Below are positions 9,638 to 19,791 of a stretch of 64,000 nucleotides of DNA, piece by piece. Position numbers and translations under genes: made by a program. The number at the start of each line of letters is the position of its first letter. Within the stretch, counting starts at the first letter, position 1. The stretch spans positions 16,516 through 80,515 of the forward strand of contig JBGOYY010000003.1 in assembly GCA_041479905.1 (NCBI GenBank), read 5' to 3'. The stretch comes from Candidatus Aminicenantia bacterium. Lineage in GTDB: Bacteria > Acidobacteriota > Aminicenantia > Aminicenantales > Saccharicenantaceae. The notes under the pieces are model-generated. The model saw nothing but the letters and a program-made list of their open reading frames with translations, was not told the DNA's origin and did not search any database.

Positions 9638-10732
9638 TTATTTCTTGTCGGCCCTTTTGTAGAAGGGCGTGGGAATGACTCTGGCCTTGATCCGCTTCGT
9701 CCGGATCTCGATCTCGAACTCCGCGCCCACGGCCGTGGCCTCTATGGGCAGGTAGACGAGTCCGATGGCCTTCCTCAGGAGCGGCGAGAAGGTCCCCGAC
9801 GCGACCTCGGACACCTTCTGTCCCTTGACGTAGACGGGGTAGTGTGGCCTGGCGACGCCCGGCTCGGCCAACTCGAAGCCGACGAGTTTTCTCCTGAGCC
9901 CCTCGGCCAGCTGCTTCTCGACGACCGGCCTGCCCAGGAAGTCCCCCTTCTGCAGCTTGACGATCCACTTGAGGTCGGCTTCGAGGACGGTCGTCTTGTC
10001 CGAAATGTCGTTGCCGTAGAGCATGAGCTTGGATTCGAGCCGAAGGGTGTCGCGGGCGCCGAGGCCGATGGGCAGGAGCCCGAGAGGCGTCCCCTTCTCG
10101 ATGAGAGTCGTCCAGACGACTCCCGGATCGGGGTCCATCGTGTAGATCTCGAAGCCGTCCTCGCCCGTGTAGCCGGTCCGCGACACGAGGCAGTCCTTGC
10201 CGAGCACCTTGCCCTTGGCCCAGTGGAACGATTTCATCCCGGCCAGGGCGATGTCGGTCAGCGGCTGGAGGATCTTTTCGGCCAGCGGCCCCTGGAGGGC
10301 GAGCTGGGAGTAGGCGTCGCTCTGGTTCTCGACCTTGACCTCGAAACCCTTGGTGTGGCCGGCGATCCAGGCGAAGTCCTTGTCGACGTTGGCCGCGTTG
10401 ACGACGAGGAAGTATTCCTCGGGGCCGATGCAGTAGACGAGCATGTCGTCGACGAAGGTCGATTCGGGCGTCATCAGCGCCGTGTACTGGACCTGGCCCG
10501 GGGCCAGACGGGCGGCGTCGTTCGGGGTCAGCCACTGGACGTAGGCCAGGGCCTGCTTGCCCGTGACCAGGACCTCGCCCATGTGGCTGACGTCGAACAG
10601 GCCGGCCTTGGTCCGGACGGCCATGTGCTCGGGGATGATGCCCGAGTATTCGACCGGCATCTCCCAGCCGCAGAACTCGATCATCTTGCCGCCGAGCTTT
10701 TTATGCAGTTCGTTGAAGAGGGTCTTCTTCAT
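9638..10732 (-). CDS. gcvT: aminomethyltransferase (glycine cleavage T protein)
   Basis: MKKTLFNELHKKLGGKMIEFCGWEMPVEY and the rest are GcvT-like. AGGAAGGGA lies upstream of the ATG at 10732. Confidence 0.9.
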   Translation of the reverse strand: MKKTLFNELHKKLGGKMIEFCGWEMPVEYSGIIPEHMAVRTKAGLFDVSHMGEVLVTGKQALAYVQWLTPNDAARLAPGQVQYTALMTPESTFVDDMLVYCIGPEEYFLVVNAANVDKDFAWIAGHTKGFEVKVENQSDAYSQLALQGPLAEKILQPLTDIALAGMKSFHWAKGKVLGKDCLVSRTGYTGEDGFEIYTMDPDPGVVWTTLIEKGTPLGLLPIGLGARDTLRLESKLMLYGNDISDKTTVLEADLKWIVKLQKGDFLGRPVVEKQLAEGLRRKLVGFELAEPGVARPHYPVYVKGQKVSEVASGTFSPLLRKAIGLVYLPIEATAVGAEFEIEIRTKRIKARVIPTPFYKRADKK

Positions 10733-10813
10733 GGTCCCTTCCTTTCTCAAAAAGAAGCTCAAAATTATCACATCTCCGCCCTTCTATCAAGTCCACAAGC
10801 AATGTCCCGATGC

Positions 10814-10841
10814 TTGCCCTCGGGGGCGATTTTGCTATAAT
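10814..10841 (+). promoter_or_regulatory. putative extended -10 promoter of argS
   Basis: TTGCCC, 16-nt spacer, TGcTATAAT (TATAAT at 10836-10841). The ATG at 10854 lies 12 nt beyond the -10, so the leader is very short and has no Shine-Dalgarno sequence. Confidence 0.45.
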
Positions 10842-10853
10842 AAGTGGCCGAAC

Positions 10854-12791
10854 ATGATCAGCTTCAAAACCCGCTTGAAAGAAACGATTTACGAACGGCT
10901 GAAGGGCGTCTATCCGATCGCGATCGAGGACCTCGACATGGCCCCGACGCCCGACCCGAAGATGGGCGACCTGGCCCTGACCTTCCCCTTCCAGCTGGCC
11001 AAGACGCTCAAGAAGGCCCCCCGCGCCATCGCCCAGGAGGCCGCCCCGCTTCTCGGTTCGGTCGAAGGCGTCGTCAAGGCGGAAGTCGCCGGCGGCGGCT
11101 TCCTCAACATCTGGCTCGACAAGGCCGCCGTTTTCGCCGAGGCCCTCCGCGGCGCCGGCCGGTCGTCGCTCGTCCCCGAAGAGGACAAGATCATCATCGA
11201 GCACACCAACATCAACCCGAACAAGGCCGCTCACATCGGTCATCTCCGCAACGCCTGCCTCGGCGACACGCTGGCCCGCTGTCTGCGCTTCAAGGGCGAG
11301 AAGGTCGAGGTCCAGAATTACATCGACGACACGGGCGTCCAGGTCGTCGACGTCGTCTTCGGCTTCATGGAGCTCGAGAAAAAGACTCTCGACGACCTCG
11401 AGAAGCTCTCCGGCAAGTTCGATTACTATTGCTGGGACCTCTACGCCCGGGCGTCCGTCTATCTCGGCGAGCACCCCGAAGCCCAGACCAAGAAGGCGGC
11501 CATCATCAAGAAGATCGAGAACGGCCAGGACCCGGAATACGCCCTGTCCCGCTATGTTTCCCGGCGCATCGTGCGCGCCCACCTGGCCACGATGAAACGG
11601 CTGGGCATCGCCTACGACGTCCTGCCCTGCGAGAGCACCATCCTCCACTTGAAGTTCTGGGAGAAGGCCTTCGACCTCCTCAAGGAGCGGCAGGCCATAT
11701 ATTTCGCCGCGCAAGGCGAGAACAAGGGCTGCTGGGTGATGCGTCTCGAGGAGGACGAGGAACGGGAGAAGGTCATCGTCCGTTCCGACGGCACCGTGAC
11801 CTACGTCGGCAAGGACATCGCCTACCAGCTCTGGAAGTTCGGCCTGCTCGGCCGCGACTTCTATTACGAGCCCTTCGCCGAGGAGGACGGCCGGACCCTG
11901 TGGATATCGACGTCGACGCCCACCGCGGGCGGCCCGGGCTTCGGCGAGGCGAGCAAGGTCTACAACGTCATCGACACGCGGCAATCCTACCTCCAGAAGA
12001 TCGTCGTCCAGGGCTTGCGCTCCTTGAAATACGAAACCCAGGCGGCCAAGTCGGTTCACTTTTCCTATGAGATGGTCGCCCTCTCGCCGAAGAGCCTCAA
12101 AGAGCTCGGTTACGCCGCATCCGAAGAAGAGAAGGAAAGGTCCTTCCTCGAGGTCTCGGGACGGAAGGGTCTCGGGGTCAAGGCCGACGACCTCCTCGAC
12201 CGGCTCGAAGACAAGGCCCGGGCCGAGATCGAGAAAAGGAACCCCGCCCTGCCCGCCGACGAGAAGCAGCGCATCGCCCGGGACATCGCTTCGGGGGCCC
12301 TGCGCTACTTCATGCTCAAGTTCGCCCGGAACTCGCTCATCATCTTTGATTTCGATGAAGCCCTGAACTTCGAGGGAGAGACCGGACCGTACCTCCAGTA
12401 CACCGCGGTCAGACTGAACAGCATCTTCCGCAAGCTCAAGGAGCGGGACGGCGTCGTCGAATCCGACATCGTCCCCCCGACCGACGGCCGGGCGCTCCTC
12501 CCGCCGGGACTCTCGGAAAAAGAGACGTCCGACTTCTGGGGCCTCATCGTCGCCGCCGCGTCGCTCGATGAGGAGGTCCTCCGGTCCGTCGCCGGCCTGG
12601 AATTCTCCCACCTGGCCAAGTTCGCCTTCCTCCTCTGCCAGAAGTTCAACGGCTATTACCATAAATACCCGGTCCTCGCCGAAGAGAATAAAGAGGTCAA
12701 GGCCTTCCGGCTGCTGACCATCCGCACCACCAAGGAGCAGCTCCAGTGCGCCCTGGCTCTCATGGGCATCCCCCTGCCCGAGCGCATGTGA
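10854..12791 (+). CDS. argS: arginine--tRNA ligase
   Basis: HTNINPNKAAHIGHLRN (HIGH) motif and overall ArgRS sequence. The upstream 99 codons of the ORF are antisense to gcvT. Confidence 0.9.
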   Translation: MISFKTRLKETIYERLKGVYPIAIEDLDMAPTPDPKMGDLALTFPFQLAKTLKKAPRAIAQEAAPLLGSVEGVVKAEVAGGGFLNIWLDKAAVFAEALRGAGRSSLVPEEDKIIIEHTNINPNKAAHIGHLRNACLGDTLARCLRFKGEKVEVQNYIDDTGVQVVDVVFGFMELEKKTLDDLEKLSGKFDYYCWDLYARASVYLGEHPEAQTKKAAIIKKIENGQDPEYALSRYVSRRIVRAHLATMKRLGIAYDVLPCESTILHLKFWEKAFDLLKERQAIYFAAQGENKGCWVMRLEEDEEREKVIVRSDGTVTYVGKDIAYQLWKFGLLGRDFYYEPFAEEDGRTLWISTSTPTAGGPGFGEASKVYNVIDTRQSYLQKIVVQGLRSLKYETQAAKSVHFSYEMVALSPKSLKELGYAASEEEKERSFLEVSGRKGLGVKADDLLDRLEDKARAEIEKRNPALPADEKQRIARDIASGALRYFMLKFARNSLIIFDFDEALNFEGETGPYLQYTAVRLNSIFRKLKERDGVVESDIVPPTDGRALLPPGLSEKETSDFWGLIVAAASLDEEVLRSVAGLEFSHLAKFAFLLCQKFNGYYHKYPVLAEENKEVKAFRLLTIRTTKEQLQCALALMGIPLPERM

Positions 12792-12843
12792 CGCAACTCC
12801 TCGCGGTCATCGGCGGTTTATCAATCTGACAGCGGAGGTGAAA

Positions 12844-13763
<920 letters not shown>

Positions 13764-13767
<4 letters not shown>

Positions 13768-14531
13768 GAAACATCTGGTCCCTGATGAAAAAAGAGATCG
13801 GGGCCTACTTCAGCTCGCCCATCGCCTACGTCGTCATCTCCGGCTTCCTCCTCCTCGTCGGCTACTTCTTCTACAGCCTCGTCTCGTGGTTCAACGCCCA
13901 GGCCATGCAGATGGCCCAGAACCCCTACTACGCCCAGCAGATCAACATCAACGAGATGGTCTTCTCGCCGCTCTTCCACAACATGAGCATCATCCTCATC
14001 CTCGTCGCCCCGCTCCTGACCATGCGGTTGCTGGCCGAGGAGAAAAAGAACGGCACCGACGAGCTCCTCTACACCTCCCCGCTCTCGATCGGCCAGATCA
14101 TCCTCGGCAAGTATTTCGCCGCCTTGGTCATGCTGGCCGCGATGCTCGGGCTGACCGCCCTTCTCTCGATCTTCGCTTTCGCCTTCGGCAACCCGGAAAT
14201 CGCCCCGTGGCTCACCGGCTACCTGGGGCTCTTCCTGATGGGGGCGACGTTCATCGCCATCGGCCTCTTCTTCTCGTCGCTGACCGAGAACCAGATCGTC
14301 GCCGCCTTCCTGACCTTCGTCACCCTGCTCCTTTTGCTCGTCCTGAACTGGGTGGCCTCGTCAGGAAGTGGAACTTGGCAGAGCGTCCTCAGCTATCTCT
14401 CGTTCTCCCAGCACTTCGAGGACATGACCCGCGGCATCCTGGACACCAAAGATGTCGTCTATTACCTGAGCTTCTCGTTCTTCGGCCTCTTCCTGGCCCA
14501 CTCCGTCATCCAGTCGAGGCGGTGGAGATAA
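13764..14531 (+). CDS. ABC-2 type transporter permease
   Basis: Six predicted TM helices. ATGA overlap with the ATPase gene. Confidence 0.8.
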
Positions 14532-14534
14532 GCC

Positions 14535-16094
14535 ATGACCAGCCTGAAAAAAAACCTCAACACCATCGCCCTGGCCCTCATCGCCGCGGCCGTCGTCGGC
14601 GGCATCGTCTGGCCCCAGAAAAAGACCCTGGTCGTCGCGATCGGTGCGCTCGGCCTTCTGGCCCTGGCCGCGCACATCGCTTTTAACTTGAAATCCCTCA
14701 AGCAGAGCTTCCGGCGCAAGTCCTTCATCTATTCGGGGAACCTCCTCCTCGTCGTCGTGCTCGTCATGGCCATCCTCGGCCTCGTCAACTACTTCCTCTC
14801 GAAAAACCACTACCGGATGGACTTCACCACGGCCAAGCTCCACAGCCTGTCCGGCCAGTCCGTCACCGTCCTCAAAAACCTCAAAACGGACATCGCTTTC
14901 AAGGGCTTCTTCCGCGAGGGGAACTACGGCCGGGCGGCCATGGAAAACCTGCTCAAGATCTACGCCTACCATTCCGGGAAGGTCAAGTACGAGTTCATCG
15001 ACCCCGACAAGAACCCCGGCCTGGTCAAGCGCTATGGCGTCACCCAGGACGGGACGACCGTCATCGAGGCCGGCGACAAGGAGAGCCGGATCACCACGAC
15101 CACTGAGGAGGACGTCACCAACGCCCTGATCAAGGCCACCCGGACCGTAAAAAAGGTCATCTATTTCCTCGAAGGCCACGGCGAGGAGTCCGTCGAAGAA
15201 GCCGGCGACAACGGCTATGCCACCGTCAAGACCGAGCTCGAAAAACTCGGCTACGAAGTGAAGAAGCAGACCCTGGCCCTGGCCGACAGGTTCCCCAAGG
15301 CCTGCGCCCTCCTCGTCGTCCCCGGGCCGCAGAAGGACCTTTTGCCGAACGAGTACGAGACGATCCGGGCCTACCTCAAGGACGGCGGCCGCATCTTGTT
15401 CATGGTCGACCCCGAGACGGCGACGACGTTGCCGTCCTTCCTGGCCGAGTACGGCTTCAAGCTCGAGAACGACATCGTCGTCGACACCGTCTCGCGGCTC
15501 CTCGGCGGCGACTACTTCATGCCCGTCGTCAGCGAGTACGAAACCCACGCCATCACCGAAAAGTTCACTTACGCGACGTTCTTTCCCTTCGCCCGGTCCG
15601 TCGAGATCGCGGAACCCAAGCCCGAGGGCGTGACGCTCACAGTCCTGGCCAAAACGAGCCCGAATTCGTGGTCGGAGCGCCAGCTCGACCAGAAAGAGGT
15701 CAAGTTCACGCCGGACAAGGACAAGCAGGGACCGGTCGGCCTCGCGGCCGTAGCCACCTTAAAAACCAAATCCGGCCAGCCGGCCGCCGAAGAACCGAAG
15801 ACCAAACCCGAAGCAGCGGAGAAGGAGGCCCGCATGGCCGTCGTCGGCGACTCCGACTTCGCCAAGAACCGCTACTACGGCGTGTCCGGCAACGGCAACT
15901 TCTTCCTCAACATCGCCAACTGGCTGACCGAGGAAGCCGACCTCATCGCCATCCAGCCCAAGACGCAGACGCCGCGGACGATCCAGCTCACGCCGTCGCA
16001 GGGACGCCTGCTCTTCCTCGTCAGCGTCATCATCCTCCCCCTGGCCGTACTTCTCCTCGGCGTCTCGGTCTGGGTCCGGAGGAGGTCGTTGTGA
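14535..16094 (+). CDS. GldG-like ABC-transporter auxiliary protein
   Basis: N- and C-terminal TM anchors around a large periplasmic domain. This is the usual position after the ABC-2 pair. Confidence 0.7.
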   Translation: MTSLKKNLNTIALALIAAAVVGGIVWPQKKTLVVAIGALGLLALAAHIAFNLKSLKQSFRRKSFIYSGNLLLVVVLVMAILGLVNYFLSKNHYRMDFTTAKLHSLSGQSVTVLKNLKTDIAFKGFFREGNYGRAAMENLLKIYAYHSGKVKYEFIDPDKNPGLVKRYGVTQDGTTVIEAGDKESRITTTTEEDVTNALIKATRTVKKVIYFLEGHGEESVEEAGDNGYATVKTELEKLGYEVKKQTLALADRFPKACALLVVPGPQKDLLPNEYETIRAYLKDGGRILFMVDPETATTLPSFLAEYGFKLENDIVVDTVSRLLGGDYFMPVVSEYETHAITEKFTYATFFPFARSVEIAEPKPEGVTLTVLAKTSPNSWSERQLDQKEVKFTPDKDKQGPVGLAAVATLKTKSGQPAAEEPKTKPEAAEKEARMAVVGDSDFAKNRYYGVSGNGNFFLNIANWLTEEADLIAIQPKTQTPRTIQLTPSQGRLLFLVSVIILPLAVLLLGVSVWVRRRSL

Positions 16095-17485
16095 AATTCA
16101 AGACGACCCTGGTCCTACTCGCGGTCTTCACCGGCCTTATGGCGATCGTCCTCTTGTTCGACACCCGGAGCGAAAATAAAATGGCGGCCGACGAGAAAAC
16201 GAACACGCTCATCAGCCTGGCTTCGGGCGATATTCGGAAAGTGAGTCTCGTCCGGGACGGCGAGACCCTGACCTTCGAGCGGGACGAGGCGGGACCGTGG
16301 CGGCTGACCTCGCCGCTCCAAGCGGCGGCCGACGACATCGAAGTCGGCAGCGTCGTCGACTCCCTCGCTTCCCTGCGCATCGAGCGCGTCGTCGAGAAGG
16401 AGGCCAAGGACCTGGCCGCTTACGAGATCCCTAAAATAGAGGTCTCCGTCTGGGTCAAGGGCAAGGATGCGCCCGTCCGGCTCTTCGTCGGCATGGAGAA
16501 TCCCCTCGATAAGACCCTCTTCGCCAAGCGCGAGGACGACCCGCGGGTCGTCCTCCTGGCCGCGACGCTCAAGACGACGCTCGACAAAAAGATCTTCGAC
16601 TTCCGGCAGAAAGACGTCTTCAAGTTCAGCACGGCCGACGTCGAGACCGTCCGGGTCCGGGCGAAAAACATCGCCTGGCAAGCCCAGCGCGAAAAGGCAG
16701 GCTGGTTCCTGAAGACGCCCGTCGCCGCGCTGGCTGCCAAAGGCAAGGTCGACTCCCTCCTCGACTCCCTATCGGGGCTCCGAGCCAAGGCGTTCGTCAC
16801 AGAGAGCAAGAATGCCGAGGCCCTCAAGAGATTCGGCCTCGAAAAGCCCGAATACGAGGTCGTCCTGTCCCTCCCCGGGTCAAACCAGGAGATCGTCTTC
16901 TCCCTGCACCAGGAGGGCGAGGCCTTCTATGCGACGACTTCCCTCTCGACCAAGGTCGTCGCCTTCGAGGGCGCTCTCCTGACCAACCTCGACCGGACGG
17001 TCGACGGGATGAGGGAGACAAAGGTCGCCGATTTCTATTCCTGGGAAGCGGACAAGGTCGTCCTCAAGAGGGACGGTTTCGAGCTCGCCGCGGTCAAGGA
17101 AAAAGTCGGCGAAGAGGAAAAATGGCTTCTCGACCCGGCGACCAAGGAAGAAGCCGACCGAACCAAGGTCGAAGATTTCATCCGCAAGCTCGAGGGCCTC
17201 GAGGCCGCCGCCTTCATCGACGATCCCGGCCCGCTCTCCGCCTACGGGCTGGATGGCGGCGCAGAAGTCCGGATCCGGACGAAGGACGCCCAGGGCAAGG
17301 TCAAGGAGACGGTCCTTCTCATCGGCCAGGAGGACGCCGAGAAAAAGCAGGTCGTCGTGAAGACCGCGGAGCTCGCGTATCTCTTCCGCGTCGATTCGGG
17401 CTTTCTCCAGGATTTCCCCAAGGACAGGAAAGACTGGAAAGTCGTGCCGCCGAAAACAGAAGAAGGCAAGACCGATAAAAAATAA
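16091..17485 (+). CDS. DUF4340-like protein, fourth gene of the ABC/GldG module
   Basis: The GTG start overlaps the GldG stop. N-terminal TM anchor, repetitive beta-rich body. Family assignment rests on context and architecture. Confidence 0.6.
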   Translation: MKFKTTLVLLAVFTGLMAIVLLFDTRSENKMAADEKTNTLISLASGDIRKVSLVRDGETLTFERDEAGPWRLTSPLQAAADDIEVGSVVDSLASLRIERVVEKEAKDLAAYEIPKIEVSVWVKGKDAPVRLFVGMENPLDKTLFAKREDDPRVVLLAATLKTTLDKKIFDFRQKDVFKFSTADVETVRVRAKNIAWQAQREKAGWFLKTPVAALAAKGKVDSLLDSLSGLRAKAFVTESKNAEALKRFGLEKPEYEVVLSLPGSNQEIVFSLHQEGEAFYATTSLSTKVVAFEGALLTNLDRTVDGMRETKVADFYSWEADKVVLKRDGFELAAVKEKVGEEEKWLLDPATKEEADRTKVEDFIRKLEGLEAAAFIDDPGPLSAYGLDGGAEVRIRTKDAQGKVKETVLLIGQEDAEKKQVVVKTAELAYLFRVDSGFLQDFPKDRKDWKVVPPKTEEGKTDKK

Positions 17486-18527
17486 ATTCGCCGCTGAGCT
17501 CCTCGCTTGGTACCGGGTCAACCGGAGGAAGCTCCCCTGGCGCCGGACCCGTGATCCTTACAGGATCTGGGTCTCCGAGGTCATGCTCCAGCAGACGACC
17601 GTCCCAGCGGTCATCCCCTATTATGAGCGCTGGTTGAAGGTTTTCCCTGACATAGGAAGCCTGTCCCGGGCCTCTCTCCGGAAAGTCTTGAGAGAATGGC
17701 AGGGCCTCGGCTATTACCAAAGAGCCAGAAACCTCCATAAAGCCGCTAAGACGATCGTTCGTGAGTACGGCGGAAGGATCCCCGACGATGAGTGTTCGCT
17801 CGGGAGTCTTCCCGGCTTCGGGCCCTACACCACGGCGGCCGTACTGAGCCTCGTCTACGGTAAACCGCAGCCCGTCATCGACGCCAACGTCCGGCGGGTC
17901 CTCATGCGGGTCCTCGGCCTCCGCGGGACGGCCAAAGCCAGGGTCGACAAGACGCTCCGCGCCTTCCTCGAGACGGTCTTTTCCAAGGACTCGCCCGGCG
18001 ATTTCAACCAGGCCATGATGGAGCTCGGGGCGCTCGTTTGCCGGAGCCGGAACCCCCAGTGCCTAGCCTGTCCATTGCGGGAGTTCTGCCGAGCGGCGCG
18101 AGAAGGGACGCAGGAGATCATCCCCCGGCCTCGGCCGCTGGGGCTCGCGAAGATCGAAGCGGTGGTCGCGGTCATCGAGAAGGACGGCCGGATCCTCATC
18201 CAAAAACGGCCTTCTCGCGGACTTCTCGCCGACCTCTGGGAATTCCCGGGAGGGAAGGTTGAGAGGGGCGAGAGCTCGACATGCGCCCTGAGGCGCGAGA
18301 TCCGCCAGGAGCTCGGAGCTGAAATCGAGGATGTCCGGCGCCTGACGACCGTCCATCATGCCTACACCCGTTTTCAGGTGACGCTCCGCGCGTATGCCTG
18401 CAAACTGCGGGATAAGGATTTCAAAACGGGGCCCCGGCGCCGCTGGGTCACCCTGGATTCCATCCGCAGGTATCCCCTCCCCTCGGGGAGCGTCAAGATC
18501 GTCGATTTCCTGGCCGCCCGGCGTTAG
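17475..18527 (+). CDS. mutY: A/G-specific adenine DNA glycosylase; 5' boundary unresolved
   Basis: KFAAELLAWYRVNRRKLPWRRTRDPYRIWVSEVMLQQT, the HhH-GPD region, the 4Fe-4S Cys cluster CxxxxxxCxxCxxxxxC and a NUDIX-like C-terminal domain. The conserved N-terminus lies upstream of the first ATG (17583). There is no ATG, GTG or TTG in frame back to the stop at 17358. Confidence 0.85.
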   Translation: MKNKFAAELLAWYRVNRRKLPWRRTRDPYRIWVSEVMLQQTTVPAVIPYYERWLKVFPDIGSLSRASLRKVLREWQGLGYYQRARNLHKAAKTIVREYGGRIPDDECSLGSLPGFGPYTTAAVLSLVYGKPQPVIDANVRRVLMRVLGLRGTAKARVDKTLRAFLETVFSKDSPGDFNQAMMELGALVCRSRNPQCLACPLREFCRAAREGTQEIIPRPRPLGLAKIEAVVAVIEKDGRILIQKRPSRGLLADLWEFPGGKVERGESSTCALRREIRQELGAEIEDVRRLTTVHHAYTRFQVTLRAYACKLRDKDFKTGPRRRWVTLDSIRRYPLPSGSVKIVDFLAARR

Positions 18528-19711
18528 GCCATCAGGCCTAGTTCCCGGTGCTTCGCCGCGACCGCCTCGGCCAGCTTGTCGATAGCTTCCAAGTCGGACG
18601 GCTTCGGCAAACCCTTGCAGATGACCGGCGGCAGCAGCTCGACCTTGAGGTTAGGCATGGCGGCTATGACGGTGTCGGCCATTTTCCCGGCCCAGCCGTA
18701 GGAGCCGACGATCGAGGCGAACCGGACCTTCGGCCGGAGCGCATTGGCCAGCACGACGGCGTTGAGGACCATCGGATGGGGTCCGACGTGGACCGTCGGA
18801 ACTGCCACGATGAGCGTCGCCGCGTCGACGAGACTCATGGCCAGTTTGCCGATGTCGGCCGTGGCCATGTTGAAAGGAAAGACGGTGATGCCCCGCTCGG
18901 ACAGGGCGTTGACGAGCCGCTCGACCATGATGGCGGTCGAGCCGTGCATGGTCACCCAGGGAATGACCACGGTGTTATGGGGCATGTCATCCGTCCAGTC
19001 CCGGTAGGCCTGGATGATGGATTGGGGGTCGCGATGGACGGGGCCGTGGCTCGGGGCGATCAGCCGGATGTCGAGGTCACGGATCTTCTCGAGGTTCTTC
19101 TGGACGATCTTGCGGAAGGGCATCATGATCTCGGCGTAATACCTTTTCGCTTCGGCCAGGATGCAGTCGGCACCGTCGACGAAGAGCTCGGTCGAAGCGA
19201 TGTGTGAGCCGAACCAGTCGCAGCTGAAGAGGACCTTGTCCTCTTCGAGGTAGGTCGACATCGTCTCCGGCCAGTGGACCCACGGCGTGGAGATGAAACG
19301 AAGGGTCTTTCCCCCCAGGTCGAGTCTCTCCCCGTCGCCGACCGTCCGGATCCTGGCCGCGTCAAGGCCGAGGTGGTCGACGAGCATGGGTTTGGCCGGT
19401 TCGGAGCAGAGCAATCGGGCTTCCGGATAACGCTCCAGGACCCAGGGGATCCCGCCCGAATGGTCCTGTTCGGTGTGGTTGGAAATGAGATAGTCGATCC
19501 GGGTGACGTCCTTCAGGTGAGCCTGGAGCACATGGAGCATCGCCGGCTCGACCGTGTCGATGAGGGCGACCTTGTCCCGGCCCCGGACGAGATAGGCGTT
19601 ATAGCTCGTCCCGTCGGGAAGCGGTATCAGGGCGTCGAACAGTCTCCGGTCGAAATCCTGGGCCCCCACGGCCAGCACGTCGGGTACGATCTCTCTGGGC
19701 TTCATGACCAT
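18524..19711 (-). CDS. flavodiiron protein (FprA-type: metallo-beta-lactamase-like plus flavodoxin-like domains)
   Basis: HTEQDHSGG di-iron motif and a flavodoxin-like C-terminal half. Confidence 0.85.
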   Translation of the reverse strand: MVMKPREIVPDVLAVGAQDFDRRLFDALIPLPDGTSYNAYLVRGRDKVALIDTVEPAMLHVLQAHLKDVTRIDYLISNHTEQDHSGGIPWVLERYPEARLLCSEPAKPMLVDHLGLDAARIRTVGDGERLDLGGKTLRFISTPWVHWPETMSTYLEEDKVLFSCDWFGSHIASTELFVDGADCILAEAKRYYAEIMMPFRKIVQKNLEKIRDLDIRLIAPSHGPVHRDPQSIIQAYRDWTDDMPHNTVVIPWVTMHGSTAIMVERLVNALSERGITVFPFNMATADIGKLAMSLVDAATLIVAVPTVHVGPHPMVLNAVVLANALRPKVRFASIVGSYGWAGKMADTVIAAMPNLKVELLPPVICKGLPKPSDLEAIDKLAEAVAAKHRELGLMA

Positions 19712-19791
19712 GAATCTCCTCGCAGGGAATGATCAATTCCTAGTTATTTTATAGTATTAAGATCGAAAAAGAAAGAGGATAGGTCGGCGCT

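Noticed and set aside
10733-10853. Possible glycine riboswitch upstream of gcvT. The minus strand contains CCCCGAGGGCAAGC and ATCGGGAC, faintly like the CACCGAAGGGGCAA and AAAGGAC blocks.
   Set aside because: The GGAGAG P1 block is missing, the matches are gapped, and the region is only about 120 nt and also houses the argS promoter. Only a covariance-model search (RF00504) could rescue it.
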